Of a stretch of 64,000 nucleotides of DNA, positions 1-10,307 are shown in pieces. The position numbers were made by a program, and so were the translations under genes. A model generated the notes under the pieces. That model saw only the letters and a program-made list of their open reading frames with translations, was not told the DNA's origin and made no database searches. Positions within the stretch are counted from its first letter, which is position 1; each line of letters opens with the position of its first letter. The DNA is from Bacteriovoracia bacterium (GTDB lineage Bacteria; Bdellovibrionota; UBA1018; CAIPTA01), in NCBI GenBank assembly GCA_050246755.1, contig JBFWVL010000001.1, positions 288,001-352,000 on the forward strand, given 5' to 3'.

Positions 1-693
1 CTGCTCGGCAGCGGTTCCGCATTCGGCGTGAAATTTTCCTACGCCGAGCAACCCAAACCCGCCGGAATCGCGCAGGCCTTCGTAATCGGGGCGGATTTCA
101 TCGGCCAAGATTCAGTCTGCCTCATCCTCGGCGATAATATCTTCCACGGCATGGAGCTCACCCAGCTCCTCGAGGAAAGCGCCGGCCTAAAGAAAGGCGG
201 TGAGGTATACGCCTACCGCGTGCAGGATCCGGAACGTTACGGCGTGGTGGAATTCGGCAAGAATGGCCAGGCCGTGAGCATCGAAGAAAAACCCAAAACC
301 CCGAAATCCCACTGGGCGGTTACGGGCCTCTATTTCTACGACAACGGGGTGGTATCGATCGCCAAGAACCTCCAACCCTCGGCGCGAGGCGAGCTCGAAA
401 TCACCGATATCAATAAAATCTACCTGGAAAAAAACCAGCTGAAGGTAAGGCCCTTCGGCCGCGGCGTGGCCTGGCTCGATACCGGCACCTTTGATTCACT
501 CATCTCCTCTTCGCTCTTCGTGCAAACCATCGAGCAGAGAACCGGCTTGATGGTGGGCTGCCCGGAAGAGATCGCTTTCCATAAAGGCTTCATCGATCGC
601 GCGGGCCTCCAAGCCGCGGCCGACAAACATTCCAAGAGCGAGTACGGAAAGTATCTGCTGAATCTTCTCCAGGACACCGAGGCCCAGCCATGA
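1..693 (+). CDS. rfbA: Glucose-1-phosphate thymidylyltransferase (5' truncated by window edge)
   Basis: Frame is open from base 1 (LLGSGSAFGVKFSY); motifs QPKPAGIAQA, LILGDNIF, YGVVEF, EEKP, RGELEITD, AWLDTGT. Confidence 0.97.
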   Translation: MLGSGSAFGVKFSYAEQPKPAGIAQAFVIGADFIGQDSVCLILGDNIFHGMELTQLLEESAGLKKGGEVYAYRVQDPERYGVVEFGKNGQAVSIEEKPKTPKSHWAVTGLYFYDNGVVSIAKNLQPSARGELEITDINKIYLEKNQLKVRPFGRGVAWLDTGTFDSLISSSLFVQTIEQRTGLMVGCPEEIAFHKGFIDRAGLQAAADKHSKSEYGKYLLNLLQDTEAQP

Positions 694-1232
694 ACGCAAA
701 AACTACTCCCATCGAGGGTTTGCTGCTCGTAGAGCCCCGCGTTTTCCGCGATGACCGCGGTTTTTTCTCCGAGCGTTTCCGCGAAGATAAGCTCGCCGAG
801 ATCGGCATCCACGAAAAATTCGTGCAGGACAATCATTCCCGCTCGGCGCCGCGCGTGCTGCGTGGGCTGCACTTCCAAACGAACCCCAAGCAGGGAAAAC
901 TCGTGAGCGTGGTGCGCGGAAGAATCTGGGATGTGGCCGTGGATTTACGCAAAGGCTCTTCCACCTACGGAAAATATTTCGGCGTGGAACTGAACGATAC
1001 CCTCTGCAATTCCCTCTGGGTGCCCTATGGCTTCGCCCATGGCTTCTGCGTGCTGGGCGATGAACCGGCCGACGTATTCTATAAAGTAACCGGCGTGTAT
1101 AACGCGCTCGCCGAGGGCGGCTTGCGCTGGGACGATCCCCAGGTGGCCGTTCAGTGGCCGATAGAAAATCCGCTGATCTCTCCCCGCGATTCCGCCCTGC
1201 CCGGCTTTCGCCAAACCGCTCCGCTCACCTAA
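690..1232 (+). CDS. rfbC: dTDP-4-dehydrorhamnose 3,5-epimerase
   Basis: DDRGFF, FVQDNHSRS, LRGLHFQ, DVAVDLR, GFAHGF; ATGA overlap with rfbA. Confidence 0.97.
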   Translation: MNAKTTPIEGLLLVEPRVFRDDRGFFSERFREDKLAEIGIHEKFVQDNHSRSAPRVLRGLHFQTNPKQGKLVSVVRGRIWDVAVDLRKGSSTYGKYFGVELNDTLCNSLWVPYGFAHGFCVLGDEPADVFYKVTGVYNALAEGGLRWDDPQVAVQWPIENPLISPRDSALPGFRQTAPLT

Positions 1233-1234
1233 GC

Positions 1235-1900
1235 ATGCCGCAAATCGGAACTTACCCAGGCAGCCACGAATACTATTCGGTGATTCGGAAAGAGATCATG
1301 GATCTTCTGCCCCAGCACGCCGGCCGCATGCTGGATGTGGGCTGCGCCTATGGAGCCACCGGCGCCTTCCTCAAGCAGAAAGGCATCGTGGATCAAGTGT
1401 ACGGAGTGGAGTTTGAGCCCAGCGCGGCGGCCGAGGCGCGGAAACACCTCGATAAAGTGTGGCAACACGACCTCAACGCCAACCGCACCCTGCCTGAAGA
1501 TCTCGCGCGCGAGAAATTCGACCTCATTCTCTGCTCGCACGTGCTGGAGCATTTGATTGATCCTTGGTCTCTACTGCGCCAGCTGAACGCGATCACCGTG
1601 CCCGGCGGCCGGATCGTGGCGGCGGTGCCCAATATCCGGCATTTTCGCGCCCTGTTCCCGCTTTTTTTTCGCGGTGATTTTACCTATACCGATGCGGGCA
1701 CGATGGACGAAGGGCATTTGCGCTTCTTCACCAAAAAAACCTTCTGCACGCTCCTCGAGAGCTCGGGATATAAAATCGTGCGCGTGGCCGATCAGGGTCG
1801 GGATCCGGGCACCAAGGCGAAGCTGCTCGATCAGCTCACGCTCGGACTATTCAGCGAGTTCCTCGACTACCAATACATGATCTGGGCGGAAAAAGTTTAG
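1235..1900 (+). CDS. Class I SAM-dependent methyltransferase (glycan-cluster type)
   Basis: LDVGCAYG, FDLILCSHVLEHL, VPN, HLRFFT; ATG at 1235 just after the rfbC stop. Confidence 0.88.
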   Translation: MPQIGTYPGSHEYYSVIRKEIMDLLPQHAGRMLDVGCAYGATGAFLKQKGIVDQVYGVEFEPSAAAEARKHLDKVWQHDLNANRTLPEDLAREKFDLILCSHVLEHLIDPWSLLRQLNAITVPGGRIVAAVPNIRHFRALFPLFFRGDFTYTDAGTMDEGHLRFFTKKTFCTLLESSGYKIVRVADQGRDPGTKAKLLDQLTLGLFSEFLDYQYMIWAEKV

Positions 1901-2925
1901 CGCCCCAGCTTGAGCCCGCAGGCCGAGCAAAGAAAACGAAATAGACCATTCAGAATCACCCGACCCGATTCGTCGCTGCCGCGGTAGGAACCCGAAAGCA
2001 ACGGCAAGATATCACGGTCGTGGCGCTTACGATTCTTCTGGATCGCTTGGCGGCAGTTCCAGATATGTCCAGGATCCACCACCAGCCAAGCCCAGGCGTG
2101 GAGCTTCGCGCCCCGCTGCTTCCCGAACGCGAGCTTAAAAAGATTATCGAGAAATAGCGCCGGCAGGGCGCAGAGCAAATTCGGGATGGAAAGATAGCAA
2201 AGGTAGTTGATCCAGCGGTTTCTCTCGGTGAAATAGGCCGTTTTATAAGCGATGCGCCGGGTGGACCCCCCATCGAAGGAAACCCCCCGGGATTTCTCCG
2301 CGAGCAAAACCCGGTGTCCTTCCAACCAGGCGCGCCAGCCGAGCGCCACGTCTTCCTGGTACACGAAATAGTCTTCGTCGTAGGGCACGGGAAAAACGCG
2401 TTTGTCGAAAAGAAAGGCACTGCCATCGGGGTGAAAGAGATTTCTGTTCCTGCGCCAGCCCGGAACGCGCACGATCCGCGCCCAAAAATTTAGATTACAC
2501 CCGAGCGGATCAGAAAAACCGGGGCGTTCAATCAGCGACCCAACGATCACAGAGGAGCGTTCGGTGGCCTCGGCCTCGAAGACCGATAGAAGCTCCACGA
2601 GCCAGCGCGCTTCGGGAATATTGTCGTTGTTCATTACGGCCACGAGGGGATACTGGGCGGCGGCCGCTCCCGCGTTCACCGCGCCGGCGTAACCCAGCTG
2701 CCGTTCAAATTTTAGGTAGCGGAGATTGGGAAAATACTCCCGGTGCCGGTTCGCCACCGCTTCAGTATCGGCGTTTACCACGCCGTTATCGACCACCAGG
2801 ATTTCGTATTCCACGCCCTGCTGCTTGGTGAGCGCTTCGAGCACACGGTCCACGAAGGCGGCCGCGTTCCAGGTGGGGATTACCACGCTTACCGGCTGCT
2901 GGCCCTTGCTCATGTCTTTACCCAT
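1897..2925 (-). CDS. Glycosyltransferase family 2 (rhamnosyltransferase-like)
   Basis: VSVVIPTWN, ILVVDNG, LGYAGAVNAG, NND, YFVYQEDVALGWR. Confidence 0.9.
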   Translation of the reverse strand: MGKDMSKGQQPVSVVIPTWNAAAFVDRVLEALTKQQGVEYEILVVDNGVVNADTEAVANRHREYFPNLRYLKFERQLGYAGAVNAGAAAAQYPLVAVMNNDNIPEARWLVELLSVFEAEATERSSVIVGSLIERPGFSDPLGCNLNFWARIVRVPGWRRNRNLFHPDGSAFLFDKRVFPVPYDEDYFVYQEDVALGWRAWLEGHRVLLAEKSRGVSFDGGSTRRIAYKTAYFTERNRWINYLCYLSIPNLLCALPALFLDNLFKLAFGKQRGAKLHAWAWLVVDPGHIWNCRQAIQKNRKRHDRDILPLLSGSYRGSDESGRVILNGLFRFLCSACGLKLGR

Positions 2926-2943
2926 ATACGCTTGCCATGATAC

Positions 2944-4245
2944 ATGAAATGTATGGGGAAATCCGCTTTATATCTGTGGTGCGCCGGCCTCGCCATCGTC
3001 ACGTTCGACCTCATCCTCACCTTCGAATTCGGCGGATTCACGATCAAGAGTTATTACTTTTTATTTTTGGCGGCGGCTTCGCTTTTCGCGCTCGAAGAAA
3101 TCCGCGGCGGACGCGTCTGGGATCGCGCACGAGAGCTTTTTCGCCGGCCCTGGGTCTTTGCCTTTCTTCTGTTCGCCTATGAGCTCGGAATGAGCCCATT
3201 TTCCTATGTTCCGAAAAAATCATTCGCCTACTCCGTTTGGCTGCTCTTCGATTTGGTGGTGGTGGCTCTTCCCGGCTATTTTCTCCTGAGCCGCGAAATT
3301 TTTACTTCGCGCAGGGTGGTGACCTTCGCCCTGATGGCCGCCGCCTATTTTCTCGTGGGCATACTGATCGTGGACCTCATCGCCTTTCAATACGGATTTC
3401 TTGGTGGATTCATCGGGTATAACCAAGAGCCGAGCTTGGGTTGGGGAATGTCCCGCGCGCACGCTTTCTCTTTTGAGCCCTCTTATCTTTCGATGTATTT
3501 CAATTTTTCCATGCTGTTTTTGGTGGGAGAGGTCATTTCCCCTAAGCCAAATATTCCTCGGATACCACTCTTCGGTTCCGTGATTCTCCTGCTCGTCGGA
3601 ATTTTTTTATTGGCTTCCCGTACCGGCTGGCTGCTCGTGGGAACCGGTTTAGCGGTACTGCTCTTTCATTCCCGCCATCTGCTCAGACGTAAAGACTTGA
3701 AAAAAGCGGCCCTTGGGATAGCGGCCTTCGTCGTCCTTTTTCTTTTACTCCTTCCCAGTAAACACTATTCCCTCATGGGTAAACATTTAATCTCCACGAT
3801 TTTATCGGGAACTGATGGCTCCGGGAATACGCGCCTCAAAGCGATGAATGAGGCCGCACAAATAAGCCTCGAGACGAAAGGACTCGGCGTGGGCGTGGGG
3901 GCATCCTTTTTTTATTACCTCGCGAAGAATCCGGCGCTGATAACGCCTCACCTGCACGTAACTATGGGAGGCGAAAGCATCATGAGTACCTGGGGACAAA
4001 TCGTGGCGGAATCCGGGCTGCCAGGGACCTTGCTCTACTTCGCTTTCGGCCTCAGTATTATTTTGGCGCTGGTACGAGCCGCCCGCTCCAGCGGCGATGC
4101 CACCGTTACGGCTTCGGCCGTGTCGGCCGTGCTCTTCTTCGGGCTCGCCGCCCATTTGGTGGGAAATTTGGCGCGCACCGACGTTTGGGTCTGGTTCGCG
4201 CTGTGGATGAGCCTTACCGTTAAAACCGAAAGCGCTCATGTCTAG
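2944..4245 (+). CDS. O-antigen polymerase/ligase family membrane protein (Wzy/WaaL-like)
   Basis: Many TM helices; RAHAFSFEPSY, SRTG, SGNTR, GLGVGVG, AESGLPG. Confidence 0.82.
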   Translation: MKCMGKSALYLWCAGLAIVTFDLILTFEFGGFTIKSYYFLFLAAASLFALEEIRGGRVWDRARELFRRPWVFAFLLFAYELGMSPFSYVPKKSFAYSVWLLFDLVVVALPGYFLLSREIFTSRRVVTFALMAAAYFLVGILIVDLIAFQYGFLGGFIGYNQEPSLGWGMSRAHAFSFEPSYLSMYFNFSMLFLVGEVISPKPNIPRIPLFGSVILLLVGIFLLASRTGWLLVGTGLAVLLFHSRHLLRRKDLKKAALGIAAFVVLFLLLLPSKHYSLMGKHLISTILSGTDGSGNTRLKAMNEAAQISLETKGLGVGVGASFFYYLAKNPALITPHLHVTMGGESIMSTWGQIVAESGLPGTLLYFAFGLSIILALVRAARSSGDATVTASAVSAVLFFGLAAHLVGNLARTDVWVWFALWMSLTVKTESAHV

Positions 4246-5593
4246 GGTGATCGGCAAAGCCATCTGGAATTCCGCGCTGCTCACGGCGAGTGCGCTGCTC
4301 ACTTCGGCCATGAACTTTCTCACCATCTTCGTGTTCACCCGCTATTTCTCGCAAGAAGATTTCGGCGCCTACGTGAGCTCCCAGGCGAAGGTGGCGCTTT
4401 GGTTATTGCTCGTGGACCTCGGCCTCTACAACGGCGTGATCAGCAGCCTCACCCTCGCCCGTAACGAGCATGGAGAAAATTCTGGCGTCGTTTCCGCCAT
4501 CCTGCGCCGGAGCTTCTCGATTCGCATACTCGGCGCTTTCCTTGGGTTCGTGGTGGTATTGGTATTAGCCAAATCGCACGCAACGGCGAACGGAACCTTC
4601 GATGCCACGCTATTCTGGCGCGATATCGCTTTTTCTCCCGTGCTTTTCGGCTACGCCTGCCAGCAGAATATTACGCCTTACCTCGCCTATCGCGGCCAGC
4701 AGGGACTCAGCGTGGTTACCCAGCTCGCCACGGTGGCGATCACCGCTATTCTCGGGATAATACTCGCGATGCGTGGAGCTTCGGTAACGGCCGTATTGTT
4801 CACGCTGAGCCTCAGCGGCCTAATCGCTTCCGCCTGGCTCTACGGCGCGGTATTTCTCGGTAAACCGCGCGGCACGAAGCCGGAACATATCTCTCCCTGG
4901 AAAATGCTCTTCCTCAACTCTTGGCCCTACGCGCTGATCTTCGCCACCACCACGATCTGGCAACGCCTAGACCAGATTCGCGCGGCAGATCTCTTCGGCC
5001 TGACTTTGGGCGGGGAATACGGGCTCGCCGCGAGACTCGTGGGAATTCCTATTCTGATGGTTTCGGCGGTGTCCATGGCACTCTTTCCCGATTTTCAACG
5101 CACCGGCGTGGACGCTCCGGAAAAATTACGACTCTATATTTCGGTGATGCTCAAGCTTCTGTGGCGTTACGGGCTTTTTCTGGCACTTTTCATCCTGGGC
5201 GGAGTTTCGCTCGTGATGGTCGCGCTCTTCCCTAAGTACGACGCCGCCCTTCATCTCCTGCCCTGGTTCGTGCCGGGAATTTGGGCGTATGGCCTATTCA
5301 ATTTTGCCAATAACGGCTTGCTCGGCACGCGCGGGTTTACCGGGGCGGTGCTCTCCCACCTCGGCGGTCTCGCCGTTTATCTCTTGAGCCTCTACTTTTT
5401 TCCTTTTTGGATCGGGCTCGAGGGCGTGGTGCTGGCCTATGATTTTTTCTGCTTCTCGCTTTTCTTCTTTTCTTACCTCGCGTTGAAAAAAGACGTGCGC
5501 TGGAAAGGAATTTCTCTATTCGGCAGATTCAACGCGGAGGAAAAACTCGTGGTGACCCAAATCCGCGAAAAAATCCTGGGGCGTTTCCGATGA
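4238..5593 (+). CDS. Oligosaccharide flippase (Wzx/MOP family)
   Basis: About 12 TM helices; RYFSQEDFG, VDLGL, RLDQ, GEYGLAARL, ALFP. Confidence 0.85.
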   Translation: MSRVIGKAIWNSALLTASALLTSAMNFLTIFVFTRYFSQEDFGAYVSSQAKVALWLLLVDLGLYNGVISSLTLARNEHGENSGVVSAILRRSFSIRILGAFLGFVVVLVLAKSHATANGTFDATLFWRDIAFSPVLFGYACQQNITPYLAYRGQQGLSVVTQLATVAITAILGIILAMRGASVTAVLFTLSLSGLIASAWLYGAVFLGKPRGTKPEHISPWKMLFLNSWPYALIFATTTIWQRLDQIRAADLFGLTLGGEYGLAARLVGIPILMVSAVSMALFPDFQRTGVDAPEKLRLYISVMLKLLWRYGLFLALFILGGVSLVMVALFPKYDAALHLLPWFVPGIWAYGLFNFANNGLLGTRGFTGAVLSHLGGLAVYLLSLYFFPFWIGLEGVVLAYDFFCFSLFFFSYLALKKDVRWKGISLFGRFNAEEKLVVTQIREKILGRFR

Positions 5594-6543
5594 AGTTTTC
5601 CGTAGCCCTCACCACCTTCCGGAGCGAGGCCTTTCTCGGCGTGCAGCTGGATTCCTTGCTTGGGCAAACCAGAAAGCCCGATGAGCTCGTGGTTTGCGAC
5701 GATGGTTCCACGGATTCGACCATGGCTATTCTGGAAAAATTCCGCGCCAGCGCCCCTTTTCCCGTGCGGATTTTCCGAAATGAAAAAAATTTAGGCTACG
5801 CCCAGAACTTTGCCAAAGCGATCTCGCTCGCCGAAGGGGACTGGATCTTTCTCGCCGACCACGACGATCGCTGGCACGCCGAAAAGCTCGCCCGCTTTGC
5901 CGAAGAGATCCAGCGCCAACCCGGGCTGGCCGCCGTTTTCAGCGATAGCGCATTGGTAGACAGCGCATTGCGCCCCATGGGTTGTAGTCTCTTTTCCGCC
6001 AATCGCTTTCACGATTTCGAGCGGGAATATATTCATCGGGGAGAAGCCTGGCGTACGTTTTTGCGGCACAACGTGGCCGCGGGTCACGCCTTGGCGATAA
6101 GGGCCGATCAGCGTAAGGCTTTTCTGCCTATCCCTCCCGGCTGGGTGCACGACGCTTGGATAGCCACGGTGCTGGCTGCCGCAGGAAAAATGGCGTTCCT
6201 GGAGGATCGCCTGGTGGACTACCGCCAGCACGGCCACCAACATATCGGCGTGATCGCCGGCGGAATATGGCAGCGGCTTCAGGCTCGCTGGAATAGAATC
6301 GGCAGCCGCGCGGCGCTCGCCCAGGAAGCGAAAAACTGGAAAGCGCTCGCCGAAAATCCTTATTGGCAGGAGAAACCCAGCGCGATGCTGGAATTAAGGA
6401 AAAAAATTTCCTGGCTCGAAGGCCGCTCGCGCTTACCGCGCTTTTTTCTCTTCCGCGCGCCTTTCTTGTTTCTTAAGGCGCCGCTCTATTTTCGTTTCGA
6501 CAACGGATGGCAAACCATCCTGAAAGATTTTTTTATTCGCTAG
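5590..6543 (+). CDS. Glycosyltransferase family 2
   Basis: VVCDDGSTD, NLGYAQNF, FLADHDDRW, HDAW, YRQH. Confidence 0.93.
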   Translation: MKFSVALTTFRSEAFLGVQLDSLLGQTRKPDELVVCDDGSTDSTMAILEKFRASAPFPVRIFRNEKNLGYAQNFAKAISLAEGDWIFLADHDDRWHAEKLARFAEEIQRQPGLAAVFSDSALVDSALRPMGCSLFSANRFHDFEREYIHRGEAWRTFLRHNVAAGHALAIRADQRKAFLPIPPGWVHDAWIATVLAAAGKMAFLEDRLVDYRQHGHQHIGVIAGGIWQRLQARWNRIGSRAALAQEAKNWKALAENPYWQEKPSAMLELRKKISWLEGRSRLPRFFLFRAPFLFLKAPLYFRFDNGWQTILKDFFIR

Positions 6544-7621
6544 CGAGCAAACGCTCGTATTCGTCCGTCAGCTCGGCGGCCAGCCTCACGATATCGTAGC
6601 GCTCCACCGCTAGCTCCCGAGCCCCGCTGGCGCATTTGCGCCAGGTTTCCGCGTCTTCGAGATCGTGAATGCGCTCGACCCAATCGGGATTCTCCGCGGC
6701 AAGGTAGCCGTTCTCGCCATCGGTAACCATCTCGGCGATTCCGCCCACCGGCGAAGCCACCACGGGCACGCCCGAAAGGCCGGCCTCCACGATCACGGTG
6801 GGTAAAGGATCCTGGCGACTGGGTACGAGCAATACGTCCACTCCCTGCAGGATCTCCTTCACGTCGTTGCGCCGGCCGAGAAACTCAACTTTCTTCCCAA
6901 AGCCCTCAAAGGCCTTCCGGATAGTTTTACCAAAAACCGGATCTGAAACCGCATCGCCCACCAGCAATAGGCGGCAATTCATCCGCTGGTTGCAAGCCCG
7001 TAATATCTCGGGCAAGCGATCCACGCCCTTTCTTTCCGAAAGCTCCCCCACGAATCCCAATGTTAGTTCCCCGCCTTTGCGCTCGGGCCGGGCCTGCCAC
7101 TCATCCACCTTGAATCCGTTATTGAGCACTTTTACTTTCACTGGGCTCACTCCCGATTGCACCAGTGCCAATCGCGTAGCGGCCGAAGGGGCCAGGATCA
7201 GCCGCGCGCCTTTCGCCAGCAAGTTTGCCCACTGATCATTCCAGAATCCCGCCGGCAAGATATCGTGGTGGTGCCATACGACCGGCAATTTCCGGCGCAG
7301 ACTCCAGGCGTAGACCATCGCTTTCAAGCTGGTAGCGTGAAGCACTTCGATTTGCTCTCGCCGGATGATTTTCCCCAGCTTGCTCTCGGTGCTCTTCCAG
7401 GAAACCGCGAGGCTCGGCAGCAGAGAAAAATTGCGGCTGAACTGAATGCTCGGGATCTCGTGGCAGGCGGCAAAGGCGGCCGCGCGCTCCGCATAAGCGC
7501 CGGGCGGAGAGGCGAAATGAACTTCCACGCCCTGCCGGCTAAGCTCCTCCATGAAGGAAAGCGTGCAAATCTCCCCGCCGTAGATGAAGTCTGCCTGATG
7601 GGAAAGAAAAAGTACCTTCAT
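6533..7621 (-). CDS. Glycosyltransferase family 4
   Basis: GGE near N-terminus, FVGELSERKG, PSRQDPLPTVIVEA, VGGIAEMV. Confidence 0.93.
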   Translation of the reverse strand: MKVLFLSHQADFIYGGEICTLSFMEELSRQGVEVHFASPPGAYAERAAAFAACHEIPSIQFSRNFSLLPSLAVSWKSTESKLGKIIRREQIEVLHATSLKAMVYAWSLRRKLPVVWHHHDILPAGFWNDQWANLLAKGARLILAPSAATRLALVQSGVSPVKVKVLNNGFKVDEWQARPERKGGELTLGFVGELSERKGVDRLPEILRACNQRMNCRLLLVGDAVSDPVFGKTIRKAFEGFGKKVEFLGRRNDVKEILQGVDVLLVPSRQDPLPTVIVEAGLSGVPVVASPVGGIAEMVTDGENGYLAAENPDWVERIHDLEDAETWRKCASGARELAVERYDIVRLAAELTDEYERLLASE

Positions 7622-8844
7622 GGGTTTACCTGTTTTTTCTTGGCGGCCGAAGCGAAGAAAGTCCAGATCGCGTACCAGACCCAGACGTAGGCGCCGTAGG
7701 GATTTTCCACGTAGTGGCTAACGAAGAACAAAAAAACCGCCACCGAAATCAGGCTTACGTTAGAAACGATCACCCGCGGCGCACGGCGCACGCGATAAAG
7801 ACTGAGCCCCAACGATAAAAAGAAGGCGCCATATAGAACTAGCCCTACTACTCCCGCCTCGGCCAGCACGCGCGGCCAAACTCCGCGGATGCTCGTGAGC
7901 CCCAAACCCTCTCCGAGAAATTTGGAACGCACTAAGATCTCCACCGCCGGCGCCACCGAAGTTTTCATCCGCGATTCCATCAGCTGTTGCGCATACCGCA
8001 GGCCAAGCAGCCAAAGCCCGTTCGACTTCAGAAAGGCCATGATCGCGACCATCAGCGCGGCGGCCAACGCGGCCAACGGCGCGGCGAGAAAGAGCACGCG
8101 GCGCCAAGGCATTTGCTTGTACACGAAGAGCGCCACCACGCTCGCCAGCGCGAAGGCCAGCGATGCCTGATAGAAGTGCCGGGCGATCAACAGCGTGGAA
8201 GCCGCGCCGAGCATCATCGTCAGGCCCGTAAGCCAAGGAGGAAGCAGGCGCCGGCCTCGCTTAAGAAAATCCCAGATCAGGAAGGGAAAGCCGATGGTAA
8301 AAAATAAGAAGAGATTGGCCTGTTCATCGATAAGCAGGCCGAAGGGAAGTTGAGGGAAAAATAAGTGCGCGAGGGTGCTTAGGAGCAGCAGACCCACGGT
8401 TACGCTATAAAAGAAAAAAGCCAGACGCAGGCGGGCGGGCAGTAAAATCACGCCCTGGGTACCGCGCTCGCAGAAAATAAACTGCGCGGCCACTCCTACG
8501 GTGAAAAGTGAAAGCCAGCCATTCGTGGCGTAAAGCAGCGAAGCCATGGGATCGGCGGTGAAGGGCGAAAATACGCTGATCCAGAGAAAATAAAGCAGCA
8601 GGAATTTCCAGGGGCTGTAGATGATACTGTCGTGCAAGCGGTAGAGAAAAATCCGGCTGCCGAATTCGCGCTTTTCCGCCCAGAAGGCGGCGGCCGTGGC
8701 CGCGGCGAAAAATAAGTAGCTCAGCGAAACGCGTTTGCCGTCGACCTGCACGGCTAAAAAATCGAGCGCGATCACGACGAGCCCGAAGCACCAGCTCCAG
8801 CAGGCCACGTCGCGCAGAAATTTCGTGAATCGCAACGAGTTCAC
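7618..8844 (-). CDS. Divergent O-antigen ligase/polymerase-like membrane protein (paralog of 2944..4245)
   Basis: Polytopic; shares WCxGL, SPF, GxGLG and AEAGxxG motifs with 2944..4245; GTG start at 8844 in a GTGA overlap with the upstream flippase. Confidence 0.65.
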   Translation of the reverse strand: MNSLRFTKFLRDVACWSWCFGLVVIALDFLAVQVDGKRVSLSYLFFAAATAAAFWAEKREFGSRIFLYRLHDSIIYSPWKFLLLYFLWISVFSPFTADPMASLLYATNGWLSLFTVGVAAQFIFCERGTQGVILLPARLRLAFFFYSVTVGLLLLSTLAHLFFPQLPFGLLIDEQANLFLFFTIGFPFLIWDFLKRGRRLLPPWLTGLTMMLGAASTLLIARHFYQASLAFALASVVALFVYKQMPWRRVLFLAAPLAALAAALMVAIMAFLKSNGLWLLGLRYAQQLMESRMKTSVAPAVEILVRSKFLGEGLGLTSIRGVWPRVLAEAGVVGLVLYGAFFLSLGLSLYRVRRAPRVIVSNVSLISVAVFLFFVSHYVENPYGAYVWVWYAIWTFFASAAKKKQVNP

Positions 8845-10253
8845 GTGCGCCTCCAAGGGAGAAAGGCGGTTACCGAGCGAAACCCGGCGTGGCGCCAAAG
8901 CGTCGTTTCTTCTTCGGTAAAGGGAGAGAACGGTGTGAATCCCCGGTAGAAGAGCCCCGCCCGATATGCGGCGAGCAAGCAGAAGAGGCACATAGATAAA
9001 CAAAATACATTAAATGACCACACCACGCCCTGAAGCCCAAACCAGCGCGGAAGTAGCAGCACCGTGGGTACGTAGACGGCGAGCGAGCACAGATGAGCCG
9101 CCACCACCCGGGCATATTCGCGCATGCCGAAAAGCGCGTTCACCAGCGAAGTTTGGAGCCAGAAGGCCCAGACGCCCGGCACAAAATAAGGCAGCAGCTG
9201 GAGGGCGGGCCTAAACTTAGGCACCACCGGCGAAAGCGCGAAGGTGAGCGTGAAAAGAAGGAGCGCCACGAGAATCACTCCATAACGGTAAATACCTTTG
9301 CTGACGGCGCCGAGGATCAAACGAAGGCGTTGCGGGCTATCACGGCCGATACGCTGGAGATCCGGAAAAAGCGCGAAGGAAATTGCCGACGCAAACACAA
9401 TCGGGACGGCGGTGAGGCGCACCGCGAGCGCATACTGGCCCCCCTGTTCATAGCCGAGCACGGAGGAAACCACGATCTGATCAAGGCGCTGCCAGATCAC
9501 GATCGTCCCGAACGTGATGCAATAAGGCCAGGCGTCGGCGGCAAGCGCGATCCAGGCTTCGTCGCCCCACGGGCCGCGGCGCAAAGTGCGATCGAGCCGG
9601 CGCGTGGTGCCGAGCCGGTGCCGGCGCGCGGATTCAAAAAGAAAAAATCCGTAGATCACGGAGCCCGAAAGAAAACCGCCCACGGACTGCGAAAGCAAAA
9701 CCCAGCCCAGCTCCGCTCCCCGCGAAGCCAGCCAAAGTGGCAGCACCACGGTGATCAAAACTCCGCCGATTTGCGCCAACACGGCGAGGGTTTGCTGGCG
9801 CAGAAAGCTCGCGTAGGCGATTGCCGTCTGCAAAAAAGCGGCGGCAAAAAGAAAGGGGCAAAAGGCTACGCGCTGCCAGAGCTCTTGCTCGCTCCAGTGA
9901 TTATTCAGCATCCCGATCGAAAGAATCACCACGCAGCCGATGCAGGCGCCCGTTAGCCGCAGCGTCAGTACACGGAAAAGCAAATCGCGCGCACGGAAAC
10001 GTTGGCGCACCTGCTCTGACTTGGTTCCCTCCGCGCGCGTCAGCGCACTGATTAAGCTCTGCGATAAGCCCAAATCCACGAGCCAACCCCACACGAGAAC
10101 TTGTGCCTGGATGGTCATCAGAGAACCGAAATTTTCCGGTCCGTAGATGCGCGCGTACCCCAGCATCAAAACGAGATTTAACCCGGTAAGAGTAAGGGCG
10201 CCGAAGGATTGGAAAAAAGAATTTTTGATCACTCTTTTCACCGATTTTGACAT
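8841..10253 (-). CDS. Oligosaccharide flippase (Wzx), second paralog
   Basis: ARIYGPENFG, VDLGL, WQRLDQI, GQYALAVRL, ALFPDLQR. Confidence 0.85.
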   Translation of the reverse strand: MSKSVKRVIKNSFFQSFGALTLTGLNLVLMLGYARIYGPENFGSLMTIQAQVLVWGWLVDLGLSQSLISALTRAEGTKSEQVRQRFRARDLLFRVLTLRLTGACIGCVVILSIGMLNNHWSEQELWQRVAFCPFLFAAAFLQTAIAYASFLRQQTLAVLAQIGGVLITVVLPLWLASRGAELGWVLLSQSVGGFLSGSVIYGFFLFESARRHRLGTTRRLDRTLRRGPWGDEAWIALAADAWPYCITFGTIVIWQRLDQIVVSSVLGYEQGGQYALAVRLTAVPIVFASAISFALFPDLQRIGRDSPQRLRLILGAVSKGIYRYGVILVALLLFTLTFALSPVVPKFRPALQLLPYFVPGVWAFWLQTSLVNALFGMREYARVVAAHLCSLAVYVPTVLLLPRWFGLQGVVWSFNVFCLSMCLFCLLAAYRAGLFYRGFTPFSPFTEEETTLWRHAGFRSVTAFLPWRRT

Positions 10254-10307
10254 AAAATTACCCTAACACGATTGACCATTCCCCAGACCGAAGAAAAAGG
10301 AGTTTCT

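Noticed and set aside
10268-10294. Sigma28-like -10 boxes (ACCGAAGA here; ACCGATTA at 40443)
   Set aside because: The -35 elements at 15-nt spacing are poor; insufficient support
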